A program made the translations under genes and the position numbers. Shown here piece after piece: positions 1 to 8,878 of a stretch of 64,000 nt of DNA. Under the pieces are notes generated by a model that did not search any database, had not been told where the DNA came from, and worked only from the letters and a program-made list of their open reading frames with translations. Each line of letters opens with the position of its first letter. The stretch's first letter is position 1. The stretch is from Candidatus Campbellbacteria bacterium RIFOXYC2_FULL_35_25 (GTDB lineage: Bacteria > Patescibacteriota > Minisyncoccia > Phycocordibacterales > UBA12079): assembly GCA_001774495.1 (NCBI GenBank), contig MFAE01000005.1, forward strand, positions 26,583 through 90,582, in the 5' to 3' direction.

Positions 1-2785
1 AGGACTTGTTTGTATTTCTCCTCACTTTAGTGGAGAAATTTCTCAAGCACTAAAAATGAACAATTTTGCTAAAGCAGAAGAAATTGCGATTTGGTATAAA
101 GAAAAATTTGGGGAAAACTTTTATCTTGAACTTACCCACCATCCAGAAATAAACGGGCAGATAGAATTAAAAGAAAAAATTATTGCATTTGGAAAAAAAA
201 TGAATATCCCGCTTGTCGCTGCTCACGATGTTTATTATCTGAAACCTGATGACAAAAGAGCTAGGGATATTTTAATGTCTATTCAGTCTTCCCAGGGAGG
301 TTCTTTTGGTGGAGAAAAAGATGACTTTTCTTTTATAAGCCAAAAACAAGCTCAAACATATTTTAAGAACACTCCTGAAGCTTTGGTAAACACTGAAAAA
401 ATAGCCAACCTATGTAATCTTGAGTTAGATTTAGACAGTTGGATTTTCCCTGATATTGATATTCCTGCAGGAGAAACCTACGACAGCCAACTTAAAAAAC
501 TAAGTTACGCGGGAATAGAAAAAAGAGGGCTTGAAAGAACAAAAGAAATTGAGGACCGAATAGAATACGAACTAGAAATCATAAAAAACAAAGGTTACTC
601 TTCTTACTTCTTGATAGTGGCGGACTTATTAAAATATGCAAAAGGAGCTGGAATATATACAAATACAAGAGGTTCCGCTGCTGGAAGCCTTGTTTCTTAC
701 TTAAACTTTATTACAAAAGTAAATCCAATAGAGCTAAAGCTACCCTTTGAGAGGTTTATGAATCCTCAAAGACCCGGCATCCCCGATATAGATATTGACA
801 TCGCAGACATCCGAAGAGATGATGTTATTGATTATGCGAGGAAAAAATATGGGAAAAAAGCAGTGGCTCAAATCGGGACATTTGGAACAATGGCCGCTCG
901 TGGTTCTGTTAGAGATGTAACTAGAGCTTTGGGGCTTCCCTATTCTCTTGGTGACCAAGTAGCAAAGTTAATCCCCATGGGGTCACAAGGATTCCCGATG
1001 ACAATTGAAAGGGCTTTGGAAATGGAAGAAGACCTGAGAAAACTTCACAAACAAAATAAAGATGTTCAAGAAATAATAAAATATGCAAAAAAAATTGAAG
1101 GTTGTGCAAGACACATTTCCACCCACGCAGCAGGAGTTTTAATTTCCCCTACTCGTATTGATGACTATTCCCCTGTGCAATTTGATAAGGAAGAAAAAAT
1201 TATTACTCAATATGACATGTACACTGGTGACCGTGATGGCGTGGTCAATTTACCCAAATTTGATATCTTGGGAATTAAAAACTTATCAATTCTTTCAAAT
1301 GCAGTTAACCTAGCGAAAGAATTAGAAGGGGTAGAGGTTGACTTAGATAATATTGATCTCGAAGACAAAAAAACTTATGACATGCTCTCCCGAGGAGAAA
1401 CACTGGGGACCTTCCAACTAAATGGGCAAGGAATGACACAATACTTAAAAGAACTAAAACCAGAAGATATTTGGGACATAATGGCTATGGTAGCTTTATA
1501 CCGTCCTGGACCAATGGCTTTTATTCCTGATTACATTAAAAGAAAAAACAATCCAGAACTAGTAACCTACCTTCACCCCGAATTAAAAGCTATTCTTGAG
1601 CCAACCTACGGAGTTATTATGTACCAAGATGACGTCATGCTTATTGCTGTTAATTTAGCGGGTTATACTTGGGGAGAAGCTGACAAATTTCGTAAAGCAA
1701 TGGGGAAGAAAATTCCAAAGATGATGCAAGAACAAAAAGAAAAATTTTATAAAGGTTGTCTTGAACACGGGCTTAAAGAAAAAATAGTGAAAGAACTTTG
1801 GGAATCTATCGAAACCTTCGCGGCCTATGGATTTAACAAAGCCCACTCAGCTAGTTACGGAAGAATCGCTTACGAAACTTCTTATATGAAGGCTAACTTC
1901 CCTATCGAATATTTAACCGCCTTACTTATGGCGGACTCTGGTGACACAGAAAAAGTCTCCGAAATAATTTCGGAATGTAAGAGGATGGAAATTCCTGTTC
2001 TTCCTCCAGATATTAATGAAAGTTTTACAGACTTCACAATTGTTGATTATGAAGGGGGGAAAGCTATTCGTTTTGGATTACAAACTATAAAAAACTTCGG
2101 CGAAGGTATCGCTAATATAATTATTGAAGAAAGAGCCAAAAATGGAAAATTCAAATCTCTGGAAGATTTTCTTGAAAGAATCCAGGATAGAAATTTAAAT
2201 AAAAAATCATTAGAGGCGCTGACTATGTGTGGGGCCATGGATAAATTGGAAGAAAGAGGTCAGATCTTGGGAAATATACCTGACTTACTTAATTACAATA
2301 AAGAAAACGCGAACAAACCAAAAGAGCAAGATTCTTTGTTTGGTCTTTTATCAAGCGACTCTAATATTCCTAAGCTAAAACTAAAAGAATTTCCGCCAGC
2401 AGAAACAAAAGACATGTTGTCTTGGGAAAAAGAATTGCTTGGTTTATATATATCAGGACATCCTCTCGATAAATACAAGGAACTCCTAAAAAAAGAGGGT
2501 AAGAATATAAAAAGCATCAAAGAAAAAACTCTCGATGGAGTAGAAACGGTTATTGCAGGAATTATCGAGGAAGTAAAACTAATTTTAACAAAAAAAGAGG
2601 CCAAAATGGCTTTTGTTAAGGTCTCTGATTTTAGTGATAGCATGGAAGTAGTGGTCTTCCCAAAAGTATTTGATGAGTACAGAGATCTTTTGGAAGCCAA
2701 CAAATGTGTTATTCTTCAAGGGAAAATATCAAGTCGCAATGGAGAAAAAGGTTTCCTTGTAAATACAGTTAAGGAGTTATTATAA
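1..2785 (+). CDS. dnaE: DNA polymerase III alpha subunit (DnaE), C-terminal ~925 aa; 5' end upstream of window (frame open from nt 2)
   Basis: 909-aa ORF plus open upstream frame; PHP-to-polymerase-core motifs (GYSSYFLIVAD, PDIDIDI, AAGVLIS), OB-fold tail; stop TAA 2783-2785. Confidence 0.9.
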   Translation, partial: GLVCISPHFSGEISQALKMNNFAKAEEIAIWYKEKFGENFYLELTHHPEINGQIELKEKIIAFGKKMNIPLVAAHDVYYLKPDDKRARDILMSIQSSQGGSFGGEKDDFSFISQKQAQTYFKNTPEALVNTEKIANLCNLELDLDSWIFPDIDIPAGETYDSQLKKLSYAGIEKRGLERTKEIEDRIEYELEIIKNKGYSSYFLIVADLLKYAKGAGIYTNTRGSAAGSLVSYLNFITKVNPIELKLPFERFMNPQRPGIPDIDIDIADIRRDDVIDYARKKYGKKAVAQIGTFGTMAARGSVRDVTRALGLPYSLGDQVAKLIPMGSQGFPMTIERALEMEEDLRKLHKQNKDVQEIIKYAKKIEGCARHISTHAAGVLISPTRIDDYSPVQFDKEEKIITQYDMYTGDRDGVVNLPKFDILGIKNLSILSNAVNLAKELEGVEVDLDNIDLEDKKTYDMLSRGETLGTFQLNGQGMTQYLKELKPEDIWDIMAMVALYRPGPMAFIPDYIKRKNNPELVTYLHPELKAILEPTYGVIMYQDDVMLIAVNLAGYTWGEADKFRKAMGKKIPKMMQEQKEKFYKGCLEHGLKEKIVKELWESIETFAAYGFNKAHSASYGRIAYETSYMKANFPIEYLTALLMADSGDTEKVSEIISECKRMEIPVLPPDINESFTDFTIVDYEGGKAIRFGLQTIKNFGEGIANIIIEERAKNGKFKSLEDFLERIQDRNLNKKSLEALTMCGAMDKLEERGQILGNIPDLLNYNKENANKPKEQDSLFGLLSSDSNIPKLKLKEFPPAETKDMLSWEKELLGLYISGHPLDKYKELLKKEGKNIKSIKEKTLDGVETVIAGIIEEVKLILTKKEAKMAFVKVSDFSDSMEVVVFPKVFDEYRDLLEANKCVILQGKISSRNGEKGFLVNTVKELL

Positions 2786-2813
2786 TTTGAAAGAGAGCCC
2801 CAAAGGGCTCTCT

Positions 2814-3116
2814 TTAGCATCGGCAAAGAGTGTTTTCTTCTGGCAAAGGAATCCATGTATCCTCCGCGTAACATTTTAATATTTGAGCCAAACCCATTTT
2901 TAAATCTAAAGATTCGTCACCTGTCTGAAAATCTTTATCAATTAACATCAGGAAAAGGTCTTCTGCGATAGAAAAAACTTCGTCTGAGTTTCCTGAAAAA
3001 TGTTCTCCTCTGAGGATTAATTTGAATCCTTCTCTCCCAGCACCATTCACAATCTTTTTATAGATTTTTAAACTGATTGGGTTTCTTTCATTGTCCATAA
3101 GACCTCCCTGACTCAT
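2814..3116 (-). CDS. hypothetical small protein (likely start at internal ATG 3098 preceded by AGGGAGG)
   Basis: 100-aa ORF, SD-like AGGGAGG before second Met; shares bidirectional hairpin terminator 2792-2813 with dnaE. Confidence 0.35.
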   Translation of the reverse strand: MSQGGLMDNERNPISLKIYKKIVNGAGREGFKLILRGEHFSGNSDEVFSIAEDLFLMLIDKDFQTGDESLDLKMGLAQILKCYAEDTWIPLPEENTLCRC

Positions 3117-3203
3117 TATTAAAATAACTTTTCTCTACATACAATTAAATTATATACAGGGGTGAAAGTCAAACAGGATTTTTGTGGATTACACTAAAAA
3201 AAT

Positions 3204-3491
3204 TTGACAAATTGCTTCTCACAAGGTAATCTATCCCGAGGTTATTTTTTATTAATATTTTTTGAGGTAAGAGTTTTGAAGAAAAAGAATGTTTGCGAAA
3301 CCTGCGGAGAAAAATTGAAGAAAAAATCTTGCGGGCTCTTTCTTTCAAAAGAAACCGGTTCCACTAACGAAGAAATTTTTGCCTGCGGAAATGAGAACTG
3401 TGGAATGTTACATGATACTTCGGGAAAATTGATTATCTTAAAAGGAAAAGGTTACACCGAAAAAGACTTGGTAAAACCACCTAAAAAATAA
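3204..3491 (+). CDS. hypothetical small CxxC...CxxC zinc-ribbon-like protein (possible TTG start at 3276 after GAGGT)
   Basis: ORF with CETCGEK...ACGNENCG; followed by hairpin+T-run terminator 3517-3546. Confidence 0.4.
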   Translation: MTNCFSQGNLSRGYFLLIFFEVRVLKKKNVCETCGEKLKKKSCGLFLSKETGSTNEEIFACGNENCGMLHDTSGKLIILKGKGYTEKDLVKPPKK

Positions 3492-3687
3492 AAAAGGTAA
3501 AAAGACCGAGGATACAAGGAGGGGCGCAAGTTCCTCCTTTTTTATTCTAAAATCTGTCAAAATCCCCATAATCTGAGCCATTTTTCACAAAATTTGACTT
3601 CTTATCTTTTTTATTTTATACTCCAGCTAGAAGCAGTCCTTTAACTTTCGTTTATTTTAGTTCAAAAAGAATGATAGAGGTGTTCGT

Positions 3688-4467
3688 ATGAACAAAGCAA
3701 AAAAGATTTTTTTTGTACTTATTGGAGCGGTTCTTTTAATAACCGCAGGAGACAGAGCCTTGTCACATCTCAATCGTGAGAACATTTCATCAGCTTTCGC
3801 TCGCGGAAAAATTCTAGCACTCTTCGTGAGCGAAGAGGTCTTGCCTTTTTTCACCCACAGTGAAACTTTTGAGTTTTCCTCCCGTGGAAAAACTCAAGCA
3901 TTCTTCTCCCTCGGAGATTTATTGCCTCTTTTTACCCAATATGGGTATGGGAACTTTTCATCCCGAACATCTGCGTGGTTCGCCTTCCGCAAAGCTCATC
4001 CAAGGAGATCGCTTCAGGAAATTCTGCACAGTAGGGCTTATCCCAAAAGATCAAACCGGGAAGTTCAATACTCTAAGAATTACCCAGCAGAAGTAGAAGA
4101 GGAAGCTTGGGACGACAACCCCTCTGACGAGAATGTCATCAACCCAGCGGAGCTCAAGAAGAGACCTCATGAAGTGGCTTCTTGGTATGGCCCAGGATTT
4201 TATTGGAAACAAACTGCCAGTGGGAAATGGTACAACCCAAAGGATAGCTTCGCCGCCCACAGGACTGCTCCGTTGGGCTCAAAAGTTAAGGTCACCAATA
4301 AGTTAAACGGGGAAAGTGTCGTTGTCGAAATTCTTGACAGGGGACCTTTCACCACAGATGGCAAAGGGCGCTACACACGAGACATTGATTTGACTCGGGC
4401 AGCAGCTCTGAAAATCGACATGATTCCAGAAGGCATTGTGCCAGTGGAAATAACTTTTTTGAACTAA
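3688..4467 (+). CDS. rlpA: RlpA-like lipoprotein, double-psi beta-barrel domain, N-terminal signal/TM
   Basis: C-terminal ASWYGPGFYWKQTASG...AAHRTAPLGSKVKVTNKLNGESVVVEILDRGPF matches RlpA/DPBB consensus; terminator 4485-4515. Confidence 0.75.
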   Translation: MNKAKKIFFVLIGAVLLITAGDRALSHLNRENISSAFARGKILALFVSEEVLPFFTHSETFEFSSRGKTQAFFSLGDLLPLFTQYGYGNFSSRTSAWFAFRKAHPRRSLQEILHSRAYPKRSNREVQYSKNYPAEVEEEAWDDNPSDENVINPAELKKRPHEVASWYGPGFYWKQTASGKWYNPKDSFAAHRTAPLGSKVKVTNKLNGESVVVEILDRGPFTTDGKGRYTRDIDLTRAAALKIDMIPEGIVPVEITFLN

Positions 4468-4613
4468 AATAAAAACGAAAGAAGCAGGGTCGATTTATCG
4501 GCCCTGTTTTTCTTTTTAATTAAAAAATTGATTTTTGAAAGAGAATAATGTACATTAGCAGAAGGAAAAGAAACATTTTAATTTTTAATAAACTTGGCTA
4601 GGGAGAAAATACT

Positions 4614-4880
4614 ATGAAAGTATTGCTGCCGCTAGACATCCCTTACGGGAGAACTTGCAAATTTGAAGGAGGAGAAGTTTGCCGACTATTCCTTTGGGGT
4701 CACGAAAATAGTCATTCTTCTTGCCGAGGGTGGAATGGAAGCCAAATTATTGAAAATTTTTTCAAACACCCAGCGTGTTTTGCCTTGCAAGAAAGAGAAA
4801 CGCATTGTTCCTCAGAACACCTGCATTTAGCAACAGGGTCCTGCCCTAGTTGCGATTATGGCAAACCACCCACTCCTTAA
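4614..4880 (+). CDS. hypothetical Cys/His-rich small protein, GC-rich islet
   Basis: 88-aa ORF, AGGGAG SD 8 nt before ATG, elevated GC, followed by GC-rich two-level hairpin element 4881-4930. Confidence 0.35.
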   Translation: MKVLLPLDIPYGRTCKFEGGEVCRLFLWGHENSHSSCRGWNGSQIIENFFKHPACFALQERETHCSSEHLHLATGSCPSCDYGKPPTP

Positions 4881-5000
4881 ATCCGCCCGACGAGAATTCC
4901 CGCTCTCGCTTGGCGGGTTTTCTCATTTTTGGTCAACCCAAAAAAAAAGAAACCCGCTTTGCGTAAACGCAAAGCGGGAGTTCTAGGTAATAAGGACGGC

Positions 5001-5279
5001 TCATCCCGAAGTCAATCCTGTTGCGTCGTAAAGATTCTGAAGGCTTTTTTGGGTTTCTCTCCCGACGACACCGTCAGCCTGCAAATCCGGAGAGGCAAAA
5101 CCCATACCAATGAGTGCATACTGGAAAAGGATTTTACTGTTGCGATGAGGCACATTGTAACGATAGTGCAAGAATATCTCCGCCACAGTGGCCTTGTTGG
5201 GAAGATGCCCCGCTCCTATGCACAAAATTCTCCAACGCTTCTTGATTTCTTCTTGGGACAACTGCTTTTTCTCACACAT
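5001..5279 (-). CDS. hypothetical protein with peptidoglycan-binding-like (PG_binding_1-type) motif DLQADGVVGRETQKSLQNLY
   Basis: 92-aa ORF in GC-rich islet; TGA stop; own hairpin+U-run terminator 4939-4978; overlapping + strand ORF 4929..5306 judged spurious. Confidence 0.4.
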   Translation of the reverse strand: MCEKKQLSQEEIKKRWRILCIGAGHLPNKATVAEIFLHYRYNVPHRNSKILFQYALIGMGFASPDLQADGVVGRETQKSLQNLYDATGLTSG

Positions 5280-5452
5280 CTGAATCCTCCTCTTGGGTTA
5301 AATTGACATCTTTAGTATACGGGCTTTTCTAAAAGTAATAATACTTATTCTGAAAATATAAGCAAGGATCACCAAAAAAACACCAAAAAATAAACGGCTA
5401 AGCTTTAAAAAGCTTAGCCGTTTATTTTTTGATGAATCACATATCTGGTTAT

Positions 5453-5716
5453 CTATTTTAAATCTGCAGCTTGAATAGGACTTTGTATTAAAGGAGGCGT
5501 CATATCGATTTCACCAAACTGTTTTTCATATTCGGCTACTTGTTTATTTATCCAGATGGCAATACTTTTCATAATCTGAGGTGTTGTCGCAAAAGAATCA
5601 AGATTATTACCGGATGTGATAGCAAAGGAAAATAAATCCTTTGCATAACCGCCAATGGCTCCATCACAGAATTTTTTTGGTAATTCGTTTAAATTTATTT
5701 TTGTTGGATCTATCAT
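5453..5716 (-). CDS. hypothetical protein
   Basis: 87-aa ORF, AT-rich native composition, bidirectional terminator 5382-5413 downstream. Confidence 0.4.
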   Translation of the reverse strand: MIDPTKINLNELPKKFCDGAIGGYAKDLFSFAITSGNNLDSFATTPQIMKSIAIWINKQVAEYEKQFGEIDMTPPLIQSPIQAADLK

Positions 5717-5906
5717 ATTTTTTAATTATTATAAGTAATACTCATATGCTATCATAAAAACATCTTTTTTTACTTTGAAATCAAAAAACTTGATTTTGAA
5801 TTTATGTTTGGTATCATCAATGGAATATTAACTCTATTTTAAAATAGTTGTTAAAAAGGAAATGCCTGTATAAAAATAGTGAATATTACAGTATAATATC
5901 CAAATT

Positions 5907-5928
5907 GGCCCTATCGTCTAACGGTTAT
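5907..5928 (+). pseudogene. tRNA-Glu 5' fragment (first ~21 nt) with duplicated promoter; part of 43-bp direct repeat
   Basis: attacagtataatatccaaattggccctatcgtctaacggtta occurs at 5886-5928 and again at 6074-6116 where it continues into the intact tRNA. Confidence 0.7.
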
Positions 5929-6094
5929 TGGAATAAAAAAACAAACTGCTTTGTTTTTTATCCAGTTCTGAGTGTAACGAAGAAATTTCCTTTATCGAAC
6001 GAAGTGAGATAGGAAATAGGGTAAGCCTTCGTTGAAGGCGATGTCTGCTTAAGACATATAAAAATAATCAAGATTACAGTATAATATCCAAATT

Positions 6095-6166
6095 GGCCCT
6101 ATCGTCTAACGGTTAGGACATCGCCTTCTCAAGGCGGAAATTCGGGTTCGATTCCCGGTAGGGTCA
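6095..6166 (+). tRNA. tRNA-Glu (anticodon CUC)
   Basis: GGCCCTA acceptor pairs with TAGGGTC (one G-U); Glu-type short D arm TCGTCTAACGGTTAGGACA; anticodon stem TCGCC/GGCGG, loop TTCTCAA (U33, A37); T-loop TTCGATT; close to E. coli tRNA-Glu. Confidence 0.85.
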
Positions 6167-6217
6167 CACCAAAAGTAAATCCGCCTGAATAAGGCAGATT
6201 TACTTTTGGTGTGACCC
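6161..6217. repeat. 57-bp inverted repeat (25-bp arms) that embeds the tRNA-Glu 3' end; likely terminator/processing hairpin
   Basis: gggtcacaccaaaagtaaatccgcc / ggcagatttacttttggtgtgaccc, one G-U-compatible mismatch. Confidence 0.8.
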
Positions 6218-6267
6218 TAAGAAAGCAAACTTCTTTGCTTTCGTCAGGAATCGAACGGCGGAGTATG

Positions 6268-6381
6268 TCGAGCGAAGCGAGACAGCGAGCCGCGTCCAGC
6301 GATACTTAGGATTTTTTAAAACACGAAGTGACTTAAAAAAGACTTAGTGATCGCGGGACGATTCCCTCCTGTAGGGTCACA
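6268..6381. repeat. tRNA-associated repeat modules: GC-rich cgagcgaagcgagacagcgagccgcg module, inverted copy of GTCCCGCGAT(T/C)ACTAAGTCTTTT, and degenerate tRNA 3'-end copy gggacgattccctcctgtagggtcaca (6355-6381)
   Basis: matches 24841-24863 (inverted) and tRNA-Glu 3' end cgattcccggtagggtcaca. Confidence 0.6.
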
Positions 6382-6431
6382 AACAAAAACCTCCCCACAC
6401 TTACGTGTGAGGAGGTTTTTGTTTAAATACC

Positions 6432-7901
6432 CTAAACCAAAGGTCTCATTATCGGAAAGAAAACCGTGTCTCTTAGATTACTTTGTTCTGTCAAAATTGC
6501 AACCAGTCTATCAATTCCCATACCAAAACCTGTCATTGGTGGCATCCCGTGTTCCATGGCATCAATAAATTCTGAATTAAATTCCATAGCTTCTGCATCT
6601 CCCTGTTCTTTCATCTTCATTTGTTTTTCCAAAAGATCTCTTTGAACAATAGGGTCAACTAACTCTGCATATTGATTGGTTACTTCAGCGCCATTGATAA
6701 CAAGTTGTGCTACTTCGGCTGTCCCGTCTTCGTTTTGGATAGCTAAGGGCTTTAAGGAACCAGGGTAATGAGTAACAAAAGTTGGATTAATAATTTTTCC
6801 TCGAGAACTTTTTTTGAAAACAAAATCAATCAAGTTACCGTCTGAAATTTTAGAAATTTCTTTTCCGTCAAAACCCAATTTCAAAGCATTTTTTTCTATT
6901 TCTTCTCGGCTAGCCCCTTGCGGATTCCAACCAGTGTTTTTCTCTACCAAATCATTAAAGCGAACTCTTTCCCATTTTTTATCTAAATCAATTTCAACCT
7001 CTTTCCCTTTCTCGTCAAAATTTTTAAATTGCATTTTACCTACTACATTTTTAGCAATATTCTTTATCATCTCTTCTGTCAGTTTAATATTATACTCAAG
7101 GTCTTTATAAGCTCTATACCATTCAATCATAGTAAACTCTTGAATGTGAGAAGGGTCTGAGCCTTCATTTCTAAAATTCTTACCGATTTCGTAAACAGCC
7201 GTGTAACCCCCAACCATAATCATTTTCAATTCTGCTTCCAAAGAAATTCTTAAAACCATATCAATATCATAATCATTGTGGTGAGTTTTAAATGTTTCAG
7301 CAATAGCCCCGGAAGCCTGATTTTGAAGAATAGGAGTTTCCACTTCCAAAAAACCTTCACCATCCAGTATTTTTCTTATTTCTGAAATAACTTTGGCTCT
7401 GATTATAAAACGATTTTGAGCATCTTTATCCATCAAAACATCTAAATATCTTTTTCGGTATTTTTGTTCAATATCTTGAAGACCGTGCCATTTCTCTGGC
7501 AAAGGTCTCAAACTCTTACTTATTATATCCCAACTGGAAACAACCACGGACTGCTGTCCCCTTTTGGTTGTAAATAATTTTCCTTCAACTTGAATAAAAT
7601 CTCCAATATCCATCACTTCTTCAAAAAAATTAAAAGATTCTTCAGTTACATCTTCTTTTTTTAAGATTCCTTGAAAAACAGCTGTTCCGTCATCAAAATT
7701 GAAAAAGGTTAAACCACCTTGAGGTCTTAAGGACATAATTCGCCCTACCAACTTTACATCTTTATCTTCTTTAAAACCCTCTGTTACCTCTTTTAAAGTA
7801 AGATCAAAATCCACCTTGGATGGATAAGGATTAATTTTATTTTTTTCTATTTTCTCCTTTTTTTCAATACGAACTTTGCGTATTTCATCTAGTGATGACA
7901 T
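6432..7901 (-). CDS. lysS: lysyl-tRNA synthetase, class II
   Basis: 489 aa; N-terminal OB anticodon-binding, class II motifs (FLEVETPIL, YEIGKNFRNEG, GFGMGIDRL). Confidence 0.95.
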   Translation of the reverse strand: MSSLDEIRKVRIEKKEKIEKNKINPYPSKVDFDLTLKEVTEGFKEDKDVKLVGRIMSLRPQGGLTFFNFDDGTAVFQGILKKEDVTEESFNFFEEVMDIGDFIQVEGKLFTTKRGQQSVVVSSWDIISKSLRPLPEKWHGLQDIEQKYRKRYLDVLMDKDAQNRFIIRAKVISEIRKILDGEGFLEVETPILQNQASGAIAETFKTHHNDYDIDMVLRISLEAELKMIMVGGYTAVYEIGKNFRNEGSDPSHIQEFTMIEWYRAYKDLEYNIKLTEEMIKNIAKNVVGKMQFKNFDEKGKEVEIDLDKKWERVRFNDLVEKNTGWNPQGASREEIEKNALKLGFDGKEISKISDGNLIDFVFKKSSRGKIINPTFVTHYPGSLKPLAIQNEDGTAEVAQLVINGAEVTNQYAELVDPIVQRDLLEKQMKMKEQGDAEAMEFNSEFIDAMEHGMPPMTGFGMGIDRLVAILTEQSNLRDTVFFPIMRPLV

Positions 7902-7905
7902 AAGA

Positions 7906-8370
7906 TTACTCTATATTTATAATTTTATAATCTACTTGCCCTGCGGGTGCCTTAAATGAAAATGTTTCCCCTTTCTTCTTTCCAAGCATTGCGCTAACCA
8001 AAGGAGACTTGGTGGAAATCTTGTTCTGGGCACTATCGGACTCTTCTGCCCCAACAATCTTGTAAGTCACACAATCTTCATTTCCTCTTTTACAAATAGT
8101 AACCGAACGCCCAATACCAACAACGTCTTTGCTCCCTTCTGTAATAATTTCAGCAGTCTTCAAAACATTTTCTACTATCATAATTCGATGTTCCAACTCT
8201 GCCTGAGCTTCTCGTGCTTGATGATATTCTGCATTTTCTTTTAAATCACCCATAGAACTAGTTTGGCCGAGCTCGGCGGCGATTTCTTTTCTCTTTGTTC
8301 CTTTCAAGAATTTTAATTCCTCTTCCAGTTCTTTAAATTTTTCTTTTGTTATATATTCTTTCTGTTCCAT
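7906..8370 (-). CDS. greA: transcription elongation factor GreA
   Basis: 154 aa, N-terminal coiled coil with GDLKENAEY motif, C-terminal FKBP-like domain. Confidence 0.9.
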   Translation of the reverse strand: MEQKEYITKEKFKELEEELKFLKGTKRKEIAAELGQTSSMGDLKENAEYHQAREAQAELEHRIMIVENVLKTAEIITEGSKDVVGIGRSVTICKRGNEDCVTYKIVGAEESDSAQNKISTKSPLVSAMLGKKKGETFSFKAPAGQVDYKIINIE

Positions 8371-8478
8371 AAGTCATAATAATAACACAAACTTAGACAA
8401 AATAAAAAATCCTCGGGGAAAACCCTGAGGCATTTAAACTCTTTATTTCACCAAAGGACCAAGGTCCACTGTTTTGAT

Positions 8479-8673
8479 TTATTTGCTTGGAATAATAAGC
8501 CAACCAACAGCATAAACAGCTACTGCTGGGATTATTGATGTCACCAAAGCAAGAAAAATACATACCATTCTAACAATAGTAGAATCAACACCAAAAGCCT
8601 CGCCGATTCCTCCGCAGATTCCCACAATTTTTTTGTCCTTTTTTGAAAGATGTAATTTTTTTATATTACTCAT
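8479..8673 (-). CDS. PspC-domain membrane protein
   Basis: 64 aa, KLHLSKKDKKIVGICGGIGEAFGVDSTIVRMV matches PspC domain consensus plus one TM. Confidence 0.7.
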   Translation of the reverse strand: MSNIKKLHLSKKDKKIVGICGGIGEAFGVDSTIVRMVCIFLALVTSIIPAVAVYAVGWLIIPSK

Positions 8674-8878
8674 GTTATTTAGATATTAAATGATACAATA
8701 CAATACTCGCAAAAGTCAATGGGACGTTATGGTTCAATAGCTATGCAACACTTTAATCAGGTAAGCTTAAATCTGGATGTATTTGAGGAAGTGAGAAAAA
8801 AATTTTTGAGCCTTATAAACATAAGGTGAAAAAACTTTTTTTGAAACTGACGAAAAAATACGCCAAATTTAAGCTTAC

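Noticed and set aside
740-2703. Antisense or alternative-frame ORFs inside dnaE (740..958, 921..1109, 1655..1846, 2047..2238, 2293..2703)
   Set aside because: They are fully contained within a strongly supported conserved gene and have no independent signals.
4881-4930. Integron attC (59-be) sites at the 3' ends of the acquired small genes
   Set aside because: The hairpin elements do not carry GTTRRRY / RYYYAAC core sites, and there is no intI integrase or Pc promoter in the window.
4929-5306. 125-aa plus-strand ORF overlapping 5001..5279
   Set aside because: It overlaps the opposite-strand ORF entirely within a GC-rich segment and starts inside a terminator hairpin. The minus-strand ORF has a recognisable PG-binding-like motif and its own terminator.
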